Part shown: piece by piece, positions 45,273-55,356 of the stretch
Numbering within the stretch: position 1 is the first letter of the stretch
How the letters are laid out: the number at the start of each line of letters is the position of its first letter
Source: Limnothrix sp. BL-A-16
GTDB taxonomy: Bacteria; Cyanobacteriota; Cyanobacteriia; CACIAM-69d
Length of the DNA: 64,000 nt
Assembly: GCA_041937175.2 (NCBI GenBank)
Contig: CP166615.1
Location: 3,744,001-3,808,000 of the forward strand
Reading direction: 5' to 3'
Notes under the pieces: model-generated
Told to the model about the DNA's origin: nothing
Seen by the model: the letters and a program-made list of their open reading frames with translations, nothing else
Databases searched by the model: none
Position numbers and translations under genes: made by a program

Positions 45273-45342
45273 CGGACAGGCAGAAACAACAGTTGGGCGT
45301 AATAGCGGGTTCGGTGCTTTGTATGACAGTAGCTCTTAGCCC

Positions 45343-45366
45343 GTAGGGTGAGCACTGCCTACCTAC
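45343..45366. repeat. GTAG-type REP palindrome, with related degenerate copies at 45709-45753
   Basis: GTAGGGTGAGCACTGCCTACCTAC. GTGGGCACTGCCCAACCTAC. Confidence 0.65.
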
Positions 45367-45429
45367 TAACTGCCTCATAGCATCTTCGATATTAAGTACT
45401 AATCGTTTTAGGTAAAAGCTGTATTGGCT

Positions 45430-45541
45430 TTAGGAGTTTAGCGGGTCATGAGTCCTGAGTTGGGCGATCGCCTCCAAATCAAGACCCGTAGTGCGACTAA
45501 TCGCCTCATCATCTAAAACCCCCAGCAATGGTTGGGCGATC
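45430..45541 (-). pseudogene. Duplicated 3' end of the Rpn gene
   Basis: Near-identical to 46422-46533. Encodes IAQPLLGVLDDEAISRTTGLDLEAIAQLRTHDPLNS* with no start codon. Confidence 0.88.
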
Positions 45542-45848
45542 TGTAAACATCAATTTGGCTATCAAGGATGGGATCTCCCATACTAGATCACAAATCTCCT
45601 TGAATCTGGGAAACGTTGATGTTGTTGCAAGTCCATGGTGAAAGTAATCCAATTACCCTACAGGGAGAGGCAATTATTGTTTTAAAGATGGATACAATTT
45701 TGGCTAGATAGTGGTGGGCACTGCCCAACCTACTGAATGGACGCTGCCCCTACTTAATAAATTAGCTCTGACGACACCCATCGCAGAAAAGCTATTCTTG
45801 ACTCGTGGTTTAACGCATAGCTAGCCGCCTTATCTAGGCTGATGTTGC

Positions 45849-46379
45849 ATGAAAGCAAAAACTATTCAAACTCATCTCAATGCTTGCTCAAAAGAAGAAC
45901 TCGTGCAAATTTTGCTTGATTTAGTAAAGCGCAATCCTGCTGTCGAGCATTTCCTAATTGCCAAGTTTTATCCCAGCGAACCAATAGCTGAATTTGATGA
46001 CTATAAGGCGGAAGTCCGAGCCGAATTTTTTCCCAAGCGTGGGTTTGGAAACGGCAGCCCATCAATCGCCTTTCGGATGTTGCAACGTGTTGAAGCCGAG
46101 GCCATCAGCCCGAAGCAGGTGATCGATTTTATCTATTACTGTGTCGAAACTGGGGTGGAATTTACTGCCGCCTACGGAGACATTGATGAAGAGTACTATA
46201 CGTGCTTCGAGGATCTCTTCGAGCGAGCCGCAAAACTCGCAGCGAGCGAAAATTTGATTAATGAGTATGAGGCACGCGCCCTGTGTATTGTCAAAAGCAC
46301 GTCTGAGATGGGGTGGGGGTTCTATGACGAATTGGAGGACATCTTCGGAAGGTACTTTCCTGCGGCAGATGAAATCTAA
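45849..46379 (+). CDS. Hypothetical protein (DUF6155-like)
   Basis: SKEELVQILLDL, EFFPKRG, VEFTAAYGDIDEEYY, GWGFYDEL. Confidence 0.7.
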   Translation: MKAKTIQTHLNACSKEELVQILLDLVKRNPAVEHFLIAKFYPSEPIAEFDDYKAEVRAEFFPKRGFGNGSPSIAFRMLQRVEAEAISPKQVIDFIYYCVETGVEFTAAYGDIDEEYYTCFEDLFERAAKLAASENLINEYEARALCIVKSTSEMGWGFYDELEDIFGRYFPAADEI

Positions 46380-46421
46380 CACACCACTATTGCGACCATA
46401 AAGCTCTGGTAGACATGAGTG

Positions 46422-47333
46422 TTAGGAGTTTAGCGGGTCATCAGTCCTGAGTTGGGCGATTGCCTCCAAATCAAGACCCGTAGTGCGACTAATCGCCTCA
46501 TCATCTAAAACACCCAGCAATTGTTGGGCGATCGCCCGTTGCGCCGCCAGTTTTCCCTGCTCGATACCCCGCTCAATACCTTGTTCAATGCCTTGCTCAA
46601 TGCCCTGGCTGAGCGCTTTTTTGATTGAATTGCGCTGATCCTGAATAAAAATCTCCTGATGCTCCAGCTCATCCAGCTCTTGAGCATTCAGGTTCGCTTG
46701 GTTAGCGATCGCAAAAGCCTTCTGAATTTCAGGAACTGCTCCCATACTGGGTGGCACAGACTCCAGCTTTCGGGCAGCTTTCAGAAAATATAACCACTTA
46801 TCCATTAGGGTTTCGAGATCTGCAAGTTCCTTTTGGAACTTAGGCAATTCAATGAACACCAGTTCAATATCATAAATGGATGAATAATCCGTCAAATAGG
46901 TTCTCTCCTTTAGCACAAAACGCGAAATGAGTTGATCCAGATCAGGAAACATCTCAAAATCAACGATCGTGAGGGCAATCACCGGTTGTAGATCCGTATA
47001 GCCATCACCGATCGCCAGTTGGTTGCTGTAGGTCTTCGCCGCATTGTAGAGAATGCGTTTTTGAAAACCTTCGACATTCAAGACCTGCATTTCAATAATC
47101 ACCGTCTCGGTTTGTCCATGACCATCGGCGATCGTTGCTTTGATATCAAGATAAGTATCTTTGAATCCGCGAATTCGTTGTCTAAAAGGAGGATCGCGAA
47201 TTTCTAGCTCACGGATCGTAGAGTTTCCCTCATACAAAACCGCATTCAGAAAGCTAATCAAAATATCTTGGCTTTGTTCGGAACCAAATATTTTTTTGAA
47301 GGCGTAATCGGTTTTAGGATTAATAAAGCGCAT
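46422..47333 (-). CDS. Rpn-family recombination-promoting nuclease (PD-(D/E)XK)
   Basis: MRFINPKTDYAFKKIFG, LDIKA..IIEMQ, FIELPKF, C-terminal QGIEQGIEQGIERGIEQG repeats. Confidence 0.93.
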   Translation of the reverse strand: MRFINPKTDYAFKKIFGSEQSQDILISFLNAVLYEGNSTIRELEIRDPPFRQRIRGFKDTYLDIKATIADGHGQTETVIIEMQVLNVEGFQKRILYNAAKTYSNQLAIGDGYTDLQPVIALTIVDFEMFPDLDQLISRFVLKERTYLTDYSSIYDIELVFIELPKFQKELADLETLMDKWLYFLKAARKLESVPPSMGAVPEIQKAFAIANQANLNAQELDELEHQEIFIQDQRNSIKKALSQGIEQGIEQGIERGIEQGKLAAQRAIAQQLLGVLDDEAISRTTGLDLEAIAQLRTDDPLNS

Positions 47334-47570
47334 CGGTTTTCCAGACAGCGCTAGCGTCGCGATCGCTAGCAAAGCTAATGCCATGGTAGCGATTTTTGGG
47401 TGATTGTTAACCAGTGCGTATGAGATTCTCCCAGCCGACGGCCCACACGATCACACCCCTAGAACATCGCTTTGAGGTTGGTCTCGTGTTCAATGGCTGG
47501 AAAATCGATCGACGATCGCACCAATCCACCCTGCCCAATTGCGATCGTGCGGCCCTCGTGAATATTGGGT

Positions 47571-47642
47571 TTAGGGATTCAGCGGGTCATCTGTCCTGAA
47601 TTGAGCGATCGCCTCCAAATCCAGACCCGTAGGGCAACTAAT
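47571..47642 (-). pseudogene. Third, more diverged copy of the Rpn 3' end
   Basis: Encodes ISCPTGLDLEAIAQFRTDDPLNP*. Confidence 0.75.
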
Positions 47643-47654
47643 AACTTTATTGAC

Positions 47655-48812
47655 TTAAGAATGACCCGGCTTGGGAACTCTGCGCCGATACTTCCACATC
47701 ACGAAGCCGGTGATCAAAAGGACTAAAGGAGCCAACCCAACGAAAACGTAAAGAATTCGGGTTGGCATACCACCGAAAGTGCCAAAGTGAACCGGATCAA
47801 ATTGATTGATAATGGCTTCGGCACGAGTCGGTTTTAGCCCATCCGCCAACCGAATAACGCTGCCGCTAAACTGATCGATCGCCAATCTTGTATTGCCCCA
47901 ATCCGATCGTTCTTGGGCTTGCCGTTTGCCAACCAAGAACGGAGATTCTGGCTTGGCAGGCAGTGAAATATAAGTAACCACTGCGTTGGGCACTGCCGCA
48001 TCGGCTCGTTGCAACAAGTCAGCAATGGGCAGCGGCTGTTGACCCGGCATCGGCTGAGAAACGGGGTCGGCCGGTTGGGGGGTGAAAGTCACTGCATAGA
48101 TCGCCTCGGTCACCTTTGCCTGGGGCACATTCCAAGCAAACCCGGTGAACCCAATCAATCCCAAAAAGATTGCAGTAGTGATGCCTGAAACCTTATGAAG
48201 ATCGAAGTTGATACGTTTGATATGGGCGTTCTGCCATTTAATTTTGAAACCAGCTTTTAGGTTTCGCCAACCGGGCCATAACACGATTCCAGTTAGACTC
48301 AAAATCAAGGTCAGTAGCGCCACAATCCCCATAATTAGAGTGCCGGTGTCCCCTGCCAGAAGTTTGTAATGCAGCTCATAAATTAAGCCAACCCAACTGG
48401 TTTCCCATTCCCGATCGCCCATGATTTGCCCCGCGTAGGGATTGATCAGCACTTGCCAATGGTGATGGGCGGGAGTTTCTAGCCATGCTTCATAGGGTTC
48501 GTGTGATGATTGCGGGGGCACAACGGTGGTTAGTCGCCAATTTTTATCCCCATAAGCACCGTTGACCAGATCAACAACGGCCGCGATCGACATGATCACG
48601 CCTGTGGGAATCACAGCACCGAATTGCTGGGTTAGCACCCAATGATCAATTTCGTGCCAAAAGACGAGGATGCTCCCCGTTAGGCCAGCAATGCTCAGTA
48701 GAATTCCAACCGTTAGACCCAACCAACGATGGAGGAAAAAAGAGATTGCTCTCACTGGAGAACGAAAAAACCGACTCTGTGTTTTGGGTGGCTGCTGCTG
48801 AGTGGATTCCAT
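47655..48812 (-). CDS. PepSY-associated TM helix protein (putative ferri-siderophore reductase)
   Basis: LHRWLGL..GLTGS, LHYKL, TGIVLW, DLHKVSG, VHFGTFGG. Confidence 0.9.
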   Translation of the reverse strand: MESTQQQPPKTQSRFFRSPVRAISFFLHRWLGLTVGILLSIAGLTGSILVFWHEIDHWVLTQQFGAVIPTGVIMSIAAVVDLVNGAYGDKNWRLTTVVPPQSSHEPYEAWLETPAHHHWQVLINPYAGQIMGDREWETSWVGLIYELHYKLLAGDTGTLIMGIVALLTLILSLTGIVLWPGWRNLKAGFKIKWQNAHIKRINFDLHKVSGITTAIFLGLIGFTGFAWNVPQAKVTEAIYAVTFTPQPADPVSQPMPGQQPLPIADLLQRADAAVPNAVVTYISLPAKPESPFLVGKRQAQERSDWGNTRLAIDQFSGSVIRLADGLKPTRAEAIINQFDPVHFGTFGGMPTRILYVFVGLAPLVLLITGFVMWKYRRRVPKPGHS

Positions 48813-48857
48813 GATCTTTTCCTTCAGGGACGCTAAAAAGATGGGCGATCGCTTGAT

Positions 48858-51347
48858 CTAAAATGTCCAAGAAAGACTGGCTTGCACCGTGAGGGGCGCT
48901 CCATAAAAGATGCGGTTGCGATTGAAAGAGCCTTCAAAATATTCCACATCGAAGAGATTCTTGATGTTGATGGCCGCGCGGAATCCGTTGCGTTTGTAGA
49001 AGATGGCCGCATCGGTTGTCAGATAGCTGGGTAACTCAAACGTGTTGGCATTGTCACCGGCCCGATCGCCCACATAAAACAAGCCCACCCCAAATCCCAA
49101 CCCTTGAAAATCACCCGCTTGAATTTCATAGGTTGTCCATAAACTCGCCGCGTGGGGCGCGGTGCGTTGAACACGGTTATTCACCAAATCCGAGTTACTG
49201 TCCTCGGTGATTCGCGCATCGTTGTAGGCATAGCTGGCGAAGATATTCCACCCTGGTAAAATCTCCCCCGCCACGCTGAGTTCAACACCCCGGCTCCGTT
49301 GCTCTCCCGTTTGCACTGAGAAATTGTCATCCACGGGATCGGTGGTCAGCACATTTTTTTGGGTGATGTTGTACCAAGCCAAGGTTGCAGACAGCCGATC
49401 GCTCAAATCTGCTTTTACACCCATTTCAAACTGGGTTCCCCGAGTGGGTTCAAAAACACTGTCGTCGCGAGACCGCCCGATCGTGGGTTCAAACGATCGA
49501 CTGTAGTTGGCATACAGAGAAATCGGTTCGATCGGCTGATAGACAATTCCTAATCGGGGACTAAACGCCTCACCCGACTGAACCAGATCGGGATTACCAA
49601 AATCCCCAGTCTGCTTGAACATGTCAAATCGACCACCGATCAGCACCTTCAAGTTATCTGCCAGGGCGATTTGATCTTGCAGCAAAATCCCCAGCTCATC
49701 GGTCACAATGTCGTCTTTGCTGCTAAAGGTTACTGCCCCGGGGGATGCCCCAAAGGTGGGATCAAATAAATCAATGGGTGGGCCTTCTAGCCCTGTGAAT
49801 CGTAGTTCGATATCCGATCGCCCTAAATCAACCCCAAATAATAATTGATGCTGAATGGAACCGGTTGCAAACTTACCCACCACATTTGTGGTCATCCGGT
49901 AATCAAGATACTGATCGGAAATGTCAGAGAAGCTGGTTGATAAAGTTCGATTATCCGCACCAAGCGCCCCTGGAAATCGACCAAAGGTATCAAACTCTAG
50001 CGATCCATACCGAAACGCATGATTTAATGACCAATTTTCATTAAATTGATGCTCCAGTTTGTAGCCAATTCGGGTCTGTCTAACCTCAGCATCACTTTCC
50101 GTTAGGTTGCGGCTGCGCGGCACATCTCCCAAGGGGTTATCCAGGATTGTGCCCACGATGGGTAAGCCATGGGTGGCATTGTCGCGCTGCAAGTGCTTAT
50201 GGATGCCTTCAATGCTGAGTGTGGTGTTTTCACCCAAAGCAAAACTGAGAACGGGTGCAATCACTAGGTTGCTGGTTTGGCTGAAGTCGGTGAAAAGTCC
50301 CTGATCTCGATAGGAAGCATTCAGTCGATAAAGAATGTTTTTGTCGCGATCGAGGGGGCCCGACAAATCCACTTCACCCCGGTAAAAATCGAAGCTACCC
50401 CCGCTGGCTTCAATGAAGTAATAGGGATCGCTTAAAGGACGTTTGCTGACAAAGTTAATGGTTCCGCCGGGTGAGGATGAGCCAAACAAAATCGAGTTGG
50501 GCCCTTGCAGCACTTCAATTTGCTCAATGCCAGTGAGGTCGGGGCCAATATTGGAAGAAACCCCATTAAAGTCCCGCGTGATCATGCCATCGACGGTGGG
50601 CGAGGTGAAAAAGCCTCGAACCTGTGCCCGCACCGCGTCAAAGTTAGACGGTGAGCCGACTCGCACACTGGGAGCATTCAGCAATGCGCTGGTCACGTCA
50701 GCCCGTTGATCTTGCAGCAGTTCTTGGGGAATGATCTGAATCGATTGGGGAATATCACGCAATGGCGTATCAGTCCGCGTCGCTGTCGAAGAGTTGGGCA
50801 CGCGATAGCCCCGTTGCCCTTCCCCGGTGACCACAAGTTCCTCGTCTGGTTCCTCCTCTGCTGGGTTGAGGCTATAGGCCAGTCCGGCTGTGGTCAGGAT
50901 TACTTCGGTGTTGGGCGGAGCGTTGGTTCCGGTGACGCTGACCCGGATGGTGTTGCTGTCTTGCTGCGTCACCTGCACCGTGGCAATATCCGCGATCGGG
51001 TTCTCCGCGACAAACGCTTGGCCGTTGGGTAAGGCCAGCACGGCATTCGGAATATCGGCAACGAGGCGATCGCCCTCAGCGCGAAACTGAGTCGCATCAA
51101 TTTGCAGGGGCTTATCTTCGGCGGTTTCGAGGATAATTTCGAGTTCCGTATCAGTACGGTTCAGTTGCACGCCGGTTACTTGTACGGTGGTGCGCTCAAT
51201 TTGCGCCCGCCACTCTTGGAGGCTGGTGGCCGGCTGTCCGAGGTCTTGTATTCGGGGAATTTGAGCGTTGTCTTCGGCCCAAGCGGCCTGCGGCCCCGCC
51301 ACGGACAGCACACTCGCCACAACCAGACCCGACAACCGATTCACCAT
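48858..51347 (-). CDS. TonB-dependent siderophore receptor with N-terminal AMIN domain
   Basis: TonB box ELVVTG, TRTDTPLRDIPQSIQ, IEVLQGPNSILFG, NIKNLFD, C-terminal F. Confidence 0.95.
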   Translation of the reverse strand: MVNRLSGLVVASVLSVAGPQAAWAEDNAQIPRIQDLGQPATSLQEWRAQIERTTVQVTGVQLNRTDTELEIILETAEDKPLQIDATQFRAEGDRLVADIPNAVLALPNGQAFVAENPIADIATVQVTQQDSNTIRVSVTGTNAPPNTEVILTTAGLAYSLNPAEEEPDEELVVTGEGQRGYRVPNSSTATRTDTPLRDIPQSIQIIPQELLQDQRADVTSALLNAPSVRVGSPSNFDAVRAQVRGFFTSPTVDGMITRDFNGVSSNIGPDLTGIEQIEVLQGPNSILFGSSSPGGTINFVSKRPLSDPYYFIEASGGSFDFYRGEVDLSGPLDRDKNILYRLNASYRDQGLFTDFSQTSNLVIAPVLSFALGENTTLSIEGIHKHLQRDNATHGLPIVGTILDNPLGDVPRSRNLTESDAEVRQTRIGYKLEHQFNENWSLNHAFRYGSLEFDTFGRFPGALGADNRTLSTSFSDISDQYLDYRMTTNVVGKFATGSIQHQLLFGVDLGRSDIELRFTGLEGPPIDLFDPTFGASPGAVTFSSKDDIVTDELGILLQDQIALADNLKVLIGGRFDMFKQTGDFGNPDLVQSGEAFSPRLGIVYQPIEPISLYANYSRSFEPTIGRSRDDSVFEPTRGTQFEMGVKADLSDRLSATLAWYNITQKNVLTTDPVDDNFSVQTGEQRSRGVELSVAGEILPGWNIFASYAYNDARITEDSNSDLVNNRVQRTAPHAASLWTTYEIQAGDFQGLGFGVGLFYVGDRAGDNANTFELPSYLTTDAAIFYKRNGFRAAINIKNLFDVEYFEGSFNRNRIFYGAPLTVQASLSWTF

Positions 51348-51363
51348 GACCCCACACCGCAGT

Positions 51364-51378
51364 TGAGAAAGACTTTCA
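51364..51378. promoter_or_regulatory. Fur-box-like site upstream of the receptor gene
   Basis: TGAGAAA-G-ACTTTCA, a 7-1-7 arrangement just 5' of the start. Confidence 0.5.
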
Positions 51379-51444
51379 GGAGCCTAGCAAGGGCGAACCG
51401 CAAAGCAAAGCCGTTTTGGTGAGTCGCGGTACTTTTTTTGGGGG

Positions 51445-52476
51445 TTAGCAGAACTTTTTGCGCTGGGCCTGATAGAGCTTGGGATTGATGCCAAACTTGG
51501 TTCTGAACTGCTTGGCGAAGTGGCTGCGATCGCCAAAGCCCACGGCGGCCGCGACTTCGGACACTTTGAGATCGCCGGTTTCTAGCAACTGTCTGGCCTG
51601 CTCTAGGCGATGGTCATGTAAATAGGTGAAGGGTGGCTGACCAAACACCTGCCGAAAGCCTTCTTTGAGGGCCCGGCTGTTCAGCCCCACCCGTTGCGCC
51701 AGGGTCATTAATGAGGGCGGCTGCTCGAGGTGTTGCAGCAAAATCGATCGCGCCTGATGCAGGCGATCGATATCATCGGGCTTCAGGTTTGCCAACGCCG
51801 CACCGTTCTCCCAAGCGGCTGCTGGGCTGTGGGTTGATTGTTGTTCCTGCTGAATTTTCAGCTCATCGGCCAACACCAACATCACCGCCTCCAGGGCCTT
51901 GCTCTCTAGAAACAGCCGCTTGGTAATGCCCTGATAGGGACAGCGAATGATTTGCCACAGCACTCGCTGCATGGTTCTCGAAACTTTGCCGACGCGGGTG
52001 TAATAAAGCTGATCCGCTGGGCGCACGAGGTGGTGCAAGGCGGGCGGTAGCTCTCCGTCCTGGCCCGCAAAGGACTGAAACACGGACGGTGACAGCCAAA
52101 TATGCACCTCCAAGATCGGGTGCCGATCGGTGCCGATGATGCAATCCTTGGGGGCCAGACCACTGCCATAGAGGGCATATTCCAGATTGTGGACTTCGGT
52201 GTAAGTGTCTTGGTGCTGTCCAGAAAGGTGGAAATGGAACGATAGCCACTCGGCCCGCTCGGCCAGTACTGCATCCCAGCGATCTCGCAGCCGGTAGTGA
52301 TGGATTTGGACTTCAAAGCCTTCTCGGAGTTCCACTTCTCGCATGTAGCCTTCCCAAAGCCAAGCGGGATAAACCAAGAGGCGATCGTGTCGATCGGTGG
52401 AGTCGGGGTGTCGGGCCTGAGCCAGCGTCTCTTGATACAGCTCAACGGCGGCTTGTTCAGAGGTGGTGATGGTCAT
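51445..52476 (-). CDS. AraC-family (PchR-like) regulator
   Basis: RLFLESKALE, PPSLMTLAQRVGLN..LKEGFRQVFG, VAAAVGF.DRSHFAKQFR.KFG. Confidence 0.93.
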   Translation of the reverse strand: MTITTSEQAAVELYQETLAQARHPDSTDRHDRLLVYPAWLWEGYMREVELREGFEVQIHHYRLRDRWDAVLAERAEWLSFHFHLSGQHQDTYTEVHNLEYALYGSGLAPKDCIIGTDRHPILEVHIWLSPSVFQSFAGQDGELPPALHHLVRPADQLYYTRVGKVSRTMQRVLWQIIRCPYQGITKRLFLESKALEAVMLVLADELKIQQEQQSTHSPAAAWENGAALANLKPDDIDRLHQARSILLQHLEQPPSLMTLAQRVGLNSRALKEGFRQVFGQPPFTYLHDHRLEQARQLLETGDLKVSEVAAAVGFGDRSHFAKQFRTKFGINPKLYQAQRKKFC

Positions 52477-52510
52477 GGCGATCGGGCTGGCTCAAAAGAC
52501 AGATTCTAAT

Positions 52511-52531
52511 TAATGCGAAATTGTTGCATTA
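52511..52531. promoter_or_regulatory. Fur-box-like palindrome upstream of the AraC gene
   Basis: TAATGCGAAATTGTTGCATTA. Confidence 0.55.
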
Positions 52532-52770
52532 GAATTTGTCCTTGAGCAAGCTGACCCGATCGTGATCTCTAGACATTTGCTAACCCGTTGTGGCTGCAAC
52601 ACCGATCGGGTTCGGTCATGCCACCGGGGCGATCGGGCTGCATCTGACCGTGGTTGTGCGGCGATATGCCATTGCCAAAACGAAGCACCTTGCCAAAACA
52701 GCAAAGTGCTTCGAGATATTCTGGGTTGCCAAGCTGGCGGGCCGGCTCCTGAATCGGGGAGCCGGTGGGA

Positions 52771-53262
52771 CTAACGATAGTTAGTAAATTGCAGCGCCAC
52801 GGGCAGATCTTCTTGCTTCAGGCGTTGGATCACCAGTTGCAGATCGTCTTTGGATTTGGCAGAAACGCGCACGGCATCGCCTTGAATCTGGGCTTGGGCT
52901 TTTTTGAACTCATCGCGAATCAGTTTGCTGATTTGTTTGGCGATGTCTTGGGGGATGCCCTTTTGGAGTTTCACCTTTTGGCGAACACGGTTGCCGCTCG
53001 CGGATTCAATGTCGCCAAAGTCAAAGATTTTCAGGTCTAGTTTTCGTTTGGCGGCCTTCTCGCGCAAAACGGCCGTGACGGCTTCGAGGGTCATTTCGCT
53101 GGCGGTTTCGATCGTGAGGTCGGTTTCGCCCAGCTCAACGATCGTGTTGGTGTCTTTTAGGTCGTAGCGGGATTTCAAATCTCGCTGCAATTGGTCGATC
53201 GCGTTGACCAGTTCTTGTCGATCGAACTCACTCACCACATCAAAGGAAAACGTCGAAGCCAT
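52771..53262 (-). CDS. yajQ: YajQ-family nucleotide (c-di-GMP)-binding protein
   Basis: [40 protein letters not shown]. Confidence 0.95.
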   Translation of the reverse strand: MASTFSFDVVSEFDRQELVNAIDQLQRDLKSRYDLKDTNTIVELGETDLTIETASEMTLEAVTAVLREKAAKRKLDLKIFDFGDIESASGNRVRQKVKLQKGIPQDIAKQISKLIRDEFKKAQAQIQGDAVRVSAKSKDDLQLVIQRLKQEDLPVALQFTNYR

Positions 53263-53382
53263 AACCCTAATTTTTCAATCCACACCAATACAAAATAAAT
53301 CGCCCAATTCGTGATCAATCTTCAGCCAGGGGCGATCGAGTTCCCATGAACCAGACTCGCCGATGGTGACTGATGCGGTTCC

Positions 53383-53796
53383 CTAGGCAATTTGCTGGAG
53401 CGCCTGCACAAACAGCGAAATCATGGCAATTTGCCCAATACCAAACATCAGCGATCGTAGGGGCGGAATGTTGGCCAAATAGGCCACCGAAAACAGCGCC
53501 CGCGCTCCCACAAAGGCCACCGCTGCCCAACCGGCCGCAGGGGTGTTGACCCCGGTGGCATAGGCCGCCAGGGCCGAAGCGGCATAGGGGGCAAAGGTTT
53601 CAATGCTGTTTTGGTGGGCCCAAGTGGCTCGCTTCCCATAGTCCGGCAGGCGATCGAACATGGCTCGGGGCGCACCCAAATCCATCCCCACCTGGAACCG
53701 GGCATAGGCCACCGCCAAGTAAGGAAAATAGACCAAAAAGCTCGCCGCAAAAACTGAACCCAGCAGCAAAGTGGGAATGCTAAAACCCAAAATCAT
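53383..53796 (-). CDS. MAPEG-family membrane protein
   Basis: PRAMFDRLPDYGKRATWAHQNSIE. Confidence 0.88.
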   Translation of the reverse strand: MILGFSIPTLLLGSVFAASFLVYFPYLAVAYARFQVGMDLGAPRAMFDRLPDYGKRATWAHQNSIETFAPYAASALAAYATGVNTPAAGWAAVAFVGARALFSVAYLANIPPLRSLMFGIGQIAMISLFVQALQQIA

Positions 53797-53834
53797 GCGT
53801 TTTCACCTAGTCGAATTTCAGGACGTTGAATCAA

Positions 53835-54338
53835 CTAGTCGAAATAGAACAGCGTGACCACCCGGCGCTGTTCTTCGGCTTCCCGGCAGGTTTGCAGCAG
53901 GGTCACACTGTCATGGAAGGCAAAGCAAATTAACTGCTGGCAACGGGAAATAATTTCGTGGTTGCACAGGGAGCTGGCTTCAGCCAAAGAAAGCTGGTCA
54001 TTTTCCGGTTTTTCAACCAGATGAATCACCGATTCCAATTGATCGCGAGATTCGCGCGGTTGCCGCTCCAAACTTTGGGGCAAAATCACGGTCAACAAAT
54101 TGGCATCGGCGCGCATGGCTCCGCGAATGGCGGCGGCGTTGGTTCCCGTAGCACCCGAAGTAATAATTTGATTCCCGGCCAGCACCAATGCATAGCTGAG
54201 GGTTTCAATCAATTGTTGATGCGTAATCGGCACGTGGCGCGAACCCAGGATGGCGATCCGCTTGGAGCCGGTTTGCTGGATTGCAGCGAGTTCCTGCAAA
54301 AAATCGTCAACCTTGGGAAGATCGAGAGACGGACTCAA
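53835..54338 (-). CDS. Conserved cyanobacterial DprA/SMF-like Rossmann-fold protein
   Basis: IAILGSRHVP, TSGATGTNAAAIRG, CFAFHDS. Confidence 0.75.
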   Translation of the reverse strand: MSPSLDLPKVDDFLQELAAIQQTGSKRIAILGSRHVPITHQQLIETLSYALVLAGNQIITSGATGTNAAAIRGAMRADANLLTVILPQSLERQPRESRDQLESVIHLVEKPENDQLSLAEASSLCNHEIISRCQQLICFAFHDSVTLLQTCREAEEQRRVVTLFYFD

Positions 54339-54760
54339 GGGTGCTACGGGGCAATAACAACGCCGCCATTTTAACAGAGACTTGGAGGCTGGCGTTGCGG
54401 CCCAAGAATTTAAAAATGGGGTGGGCTGGCGGGCGCAAATTCAGGCCAGGATTGACGGAAGGATGCTTTCGGGGATGGTAATTCAGGGGATCGATTCGCA
54501 GAACAGCGGCTTTTGCTAGACTGAAGGTTCAATGGCGCGTGACTCAAAACAGTGACCCGTGAACCGGAGGGCTGCGCTCTCATCTTCATGACCCGATCGC
54601 CCCAGTTTGGTGCCACCGTTTAAGTTTTGCTTGGGGTGGCGGCTGGGTTGATCGATCGACCGTTCATCAGCGTTTTGGTTTCGGGTTTCTGCGTTGTGCC
54701 ATTGTGTTGCGTCATTGTGTAGAACTCACCTCGCCAGCCGATCGCGGCGACGTAATTTTG

Positions 54761-55282
54761 ATGAGTGATCCGGATTTGAAGTTGAACGCGCAAGAGCTGG
54801 CCCTGTTGACGGCTGAGGGCATTGAAGACGAAGGGGACGATGAGACGGTCGTAGAGTTTGCGCCGCCCTTGGCCAAAGGGGCGGTCTATCAACTGGGACG
54901 TGGTTCCAGCTATGAAGTGGCGATCGCGGCGGCCAACGCGGCGGACGATCGCAAAGGGGAAGATATTGCGCTGCTGGAGGTGACGGAGGTTTCCTACCTG
55001 GCGGACTATTTCCTGATTGTGACCGGGTTTTCACGGGCCCAAATTCGTGCCATTGCCGACGCGATCGAAATGAAGCTGAAAACCGAGTTCGATCGCCGGC
55101 CCCAAAACACCGCTGGCTATGGCGATGGCGGCTGGGTTTTGCATGACTACGGCGATGTGGTGGTGCATGTGATGATGCCCACGGAGCGCGAATACTACAA
55201 CCTGGAAGCCTTTTGGGGCCACAGCAGGCGGCTGGAGTTTCGGCCCCTGCCCGCCCCCGAATCGCCCCACACGGCCGGCTAA
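54761..55282 (+). CDS. rsfS: Ribosome silencing factor
   Basis: ADDRKGEDI, ADYFLIVTG, WVLHDYGDVVVH..REYYNLEAFW. Confidence 0.93.
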   Translation: MSDPDLKLNAQELALLTAEGIEDEGDDETVVEFAPPLAKGAVYQLGRGSSYEVAIAAANAADDRKGEDIALLEVTEVSYLADYFLIVTGFSRAQIRAIADAIEMKLKTEFDRRPQNTAGYGDGGWVLHDYGDVVVHVMMPTEREYYNLEAFWGHSRRLEFRPLPAPESPHTAG

Positions 55283-55356
55283 GGATCTCAATTCCGATCC
55301 CCCAGCCCATGATCCATGCCTGAGCGGCGCAACAGAGCTGATTAAATCCCTTGTCT

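Noticed and set aside
46374..46427. attC-like site (ATCTAAC...GTTAGGA) after the 45849-46379 gene
   Set aside because: Only about 54 bp with poor inner-arm pairing. GTTAG is explained by the convergent rpn stop codon. No integrase or second convincing site.
47334..47384. Signal-peptide-like N-terminal extension of Rpn (MALALLAIATLAL)
   Set aside because: Family members start at MRFINPK. The extension is built on a palindromic HIP1-containing upstream sequence.
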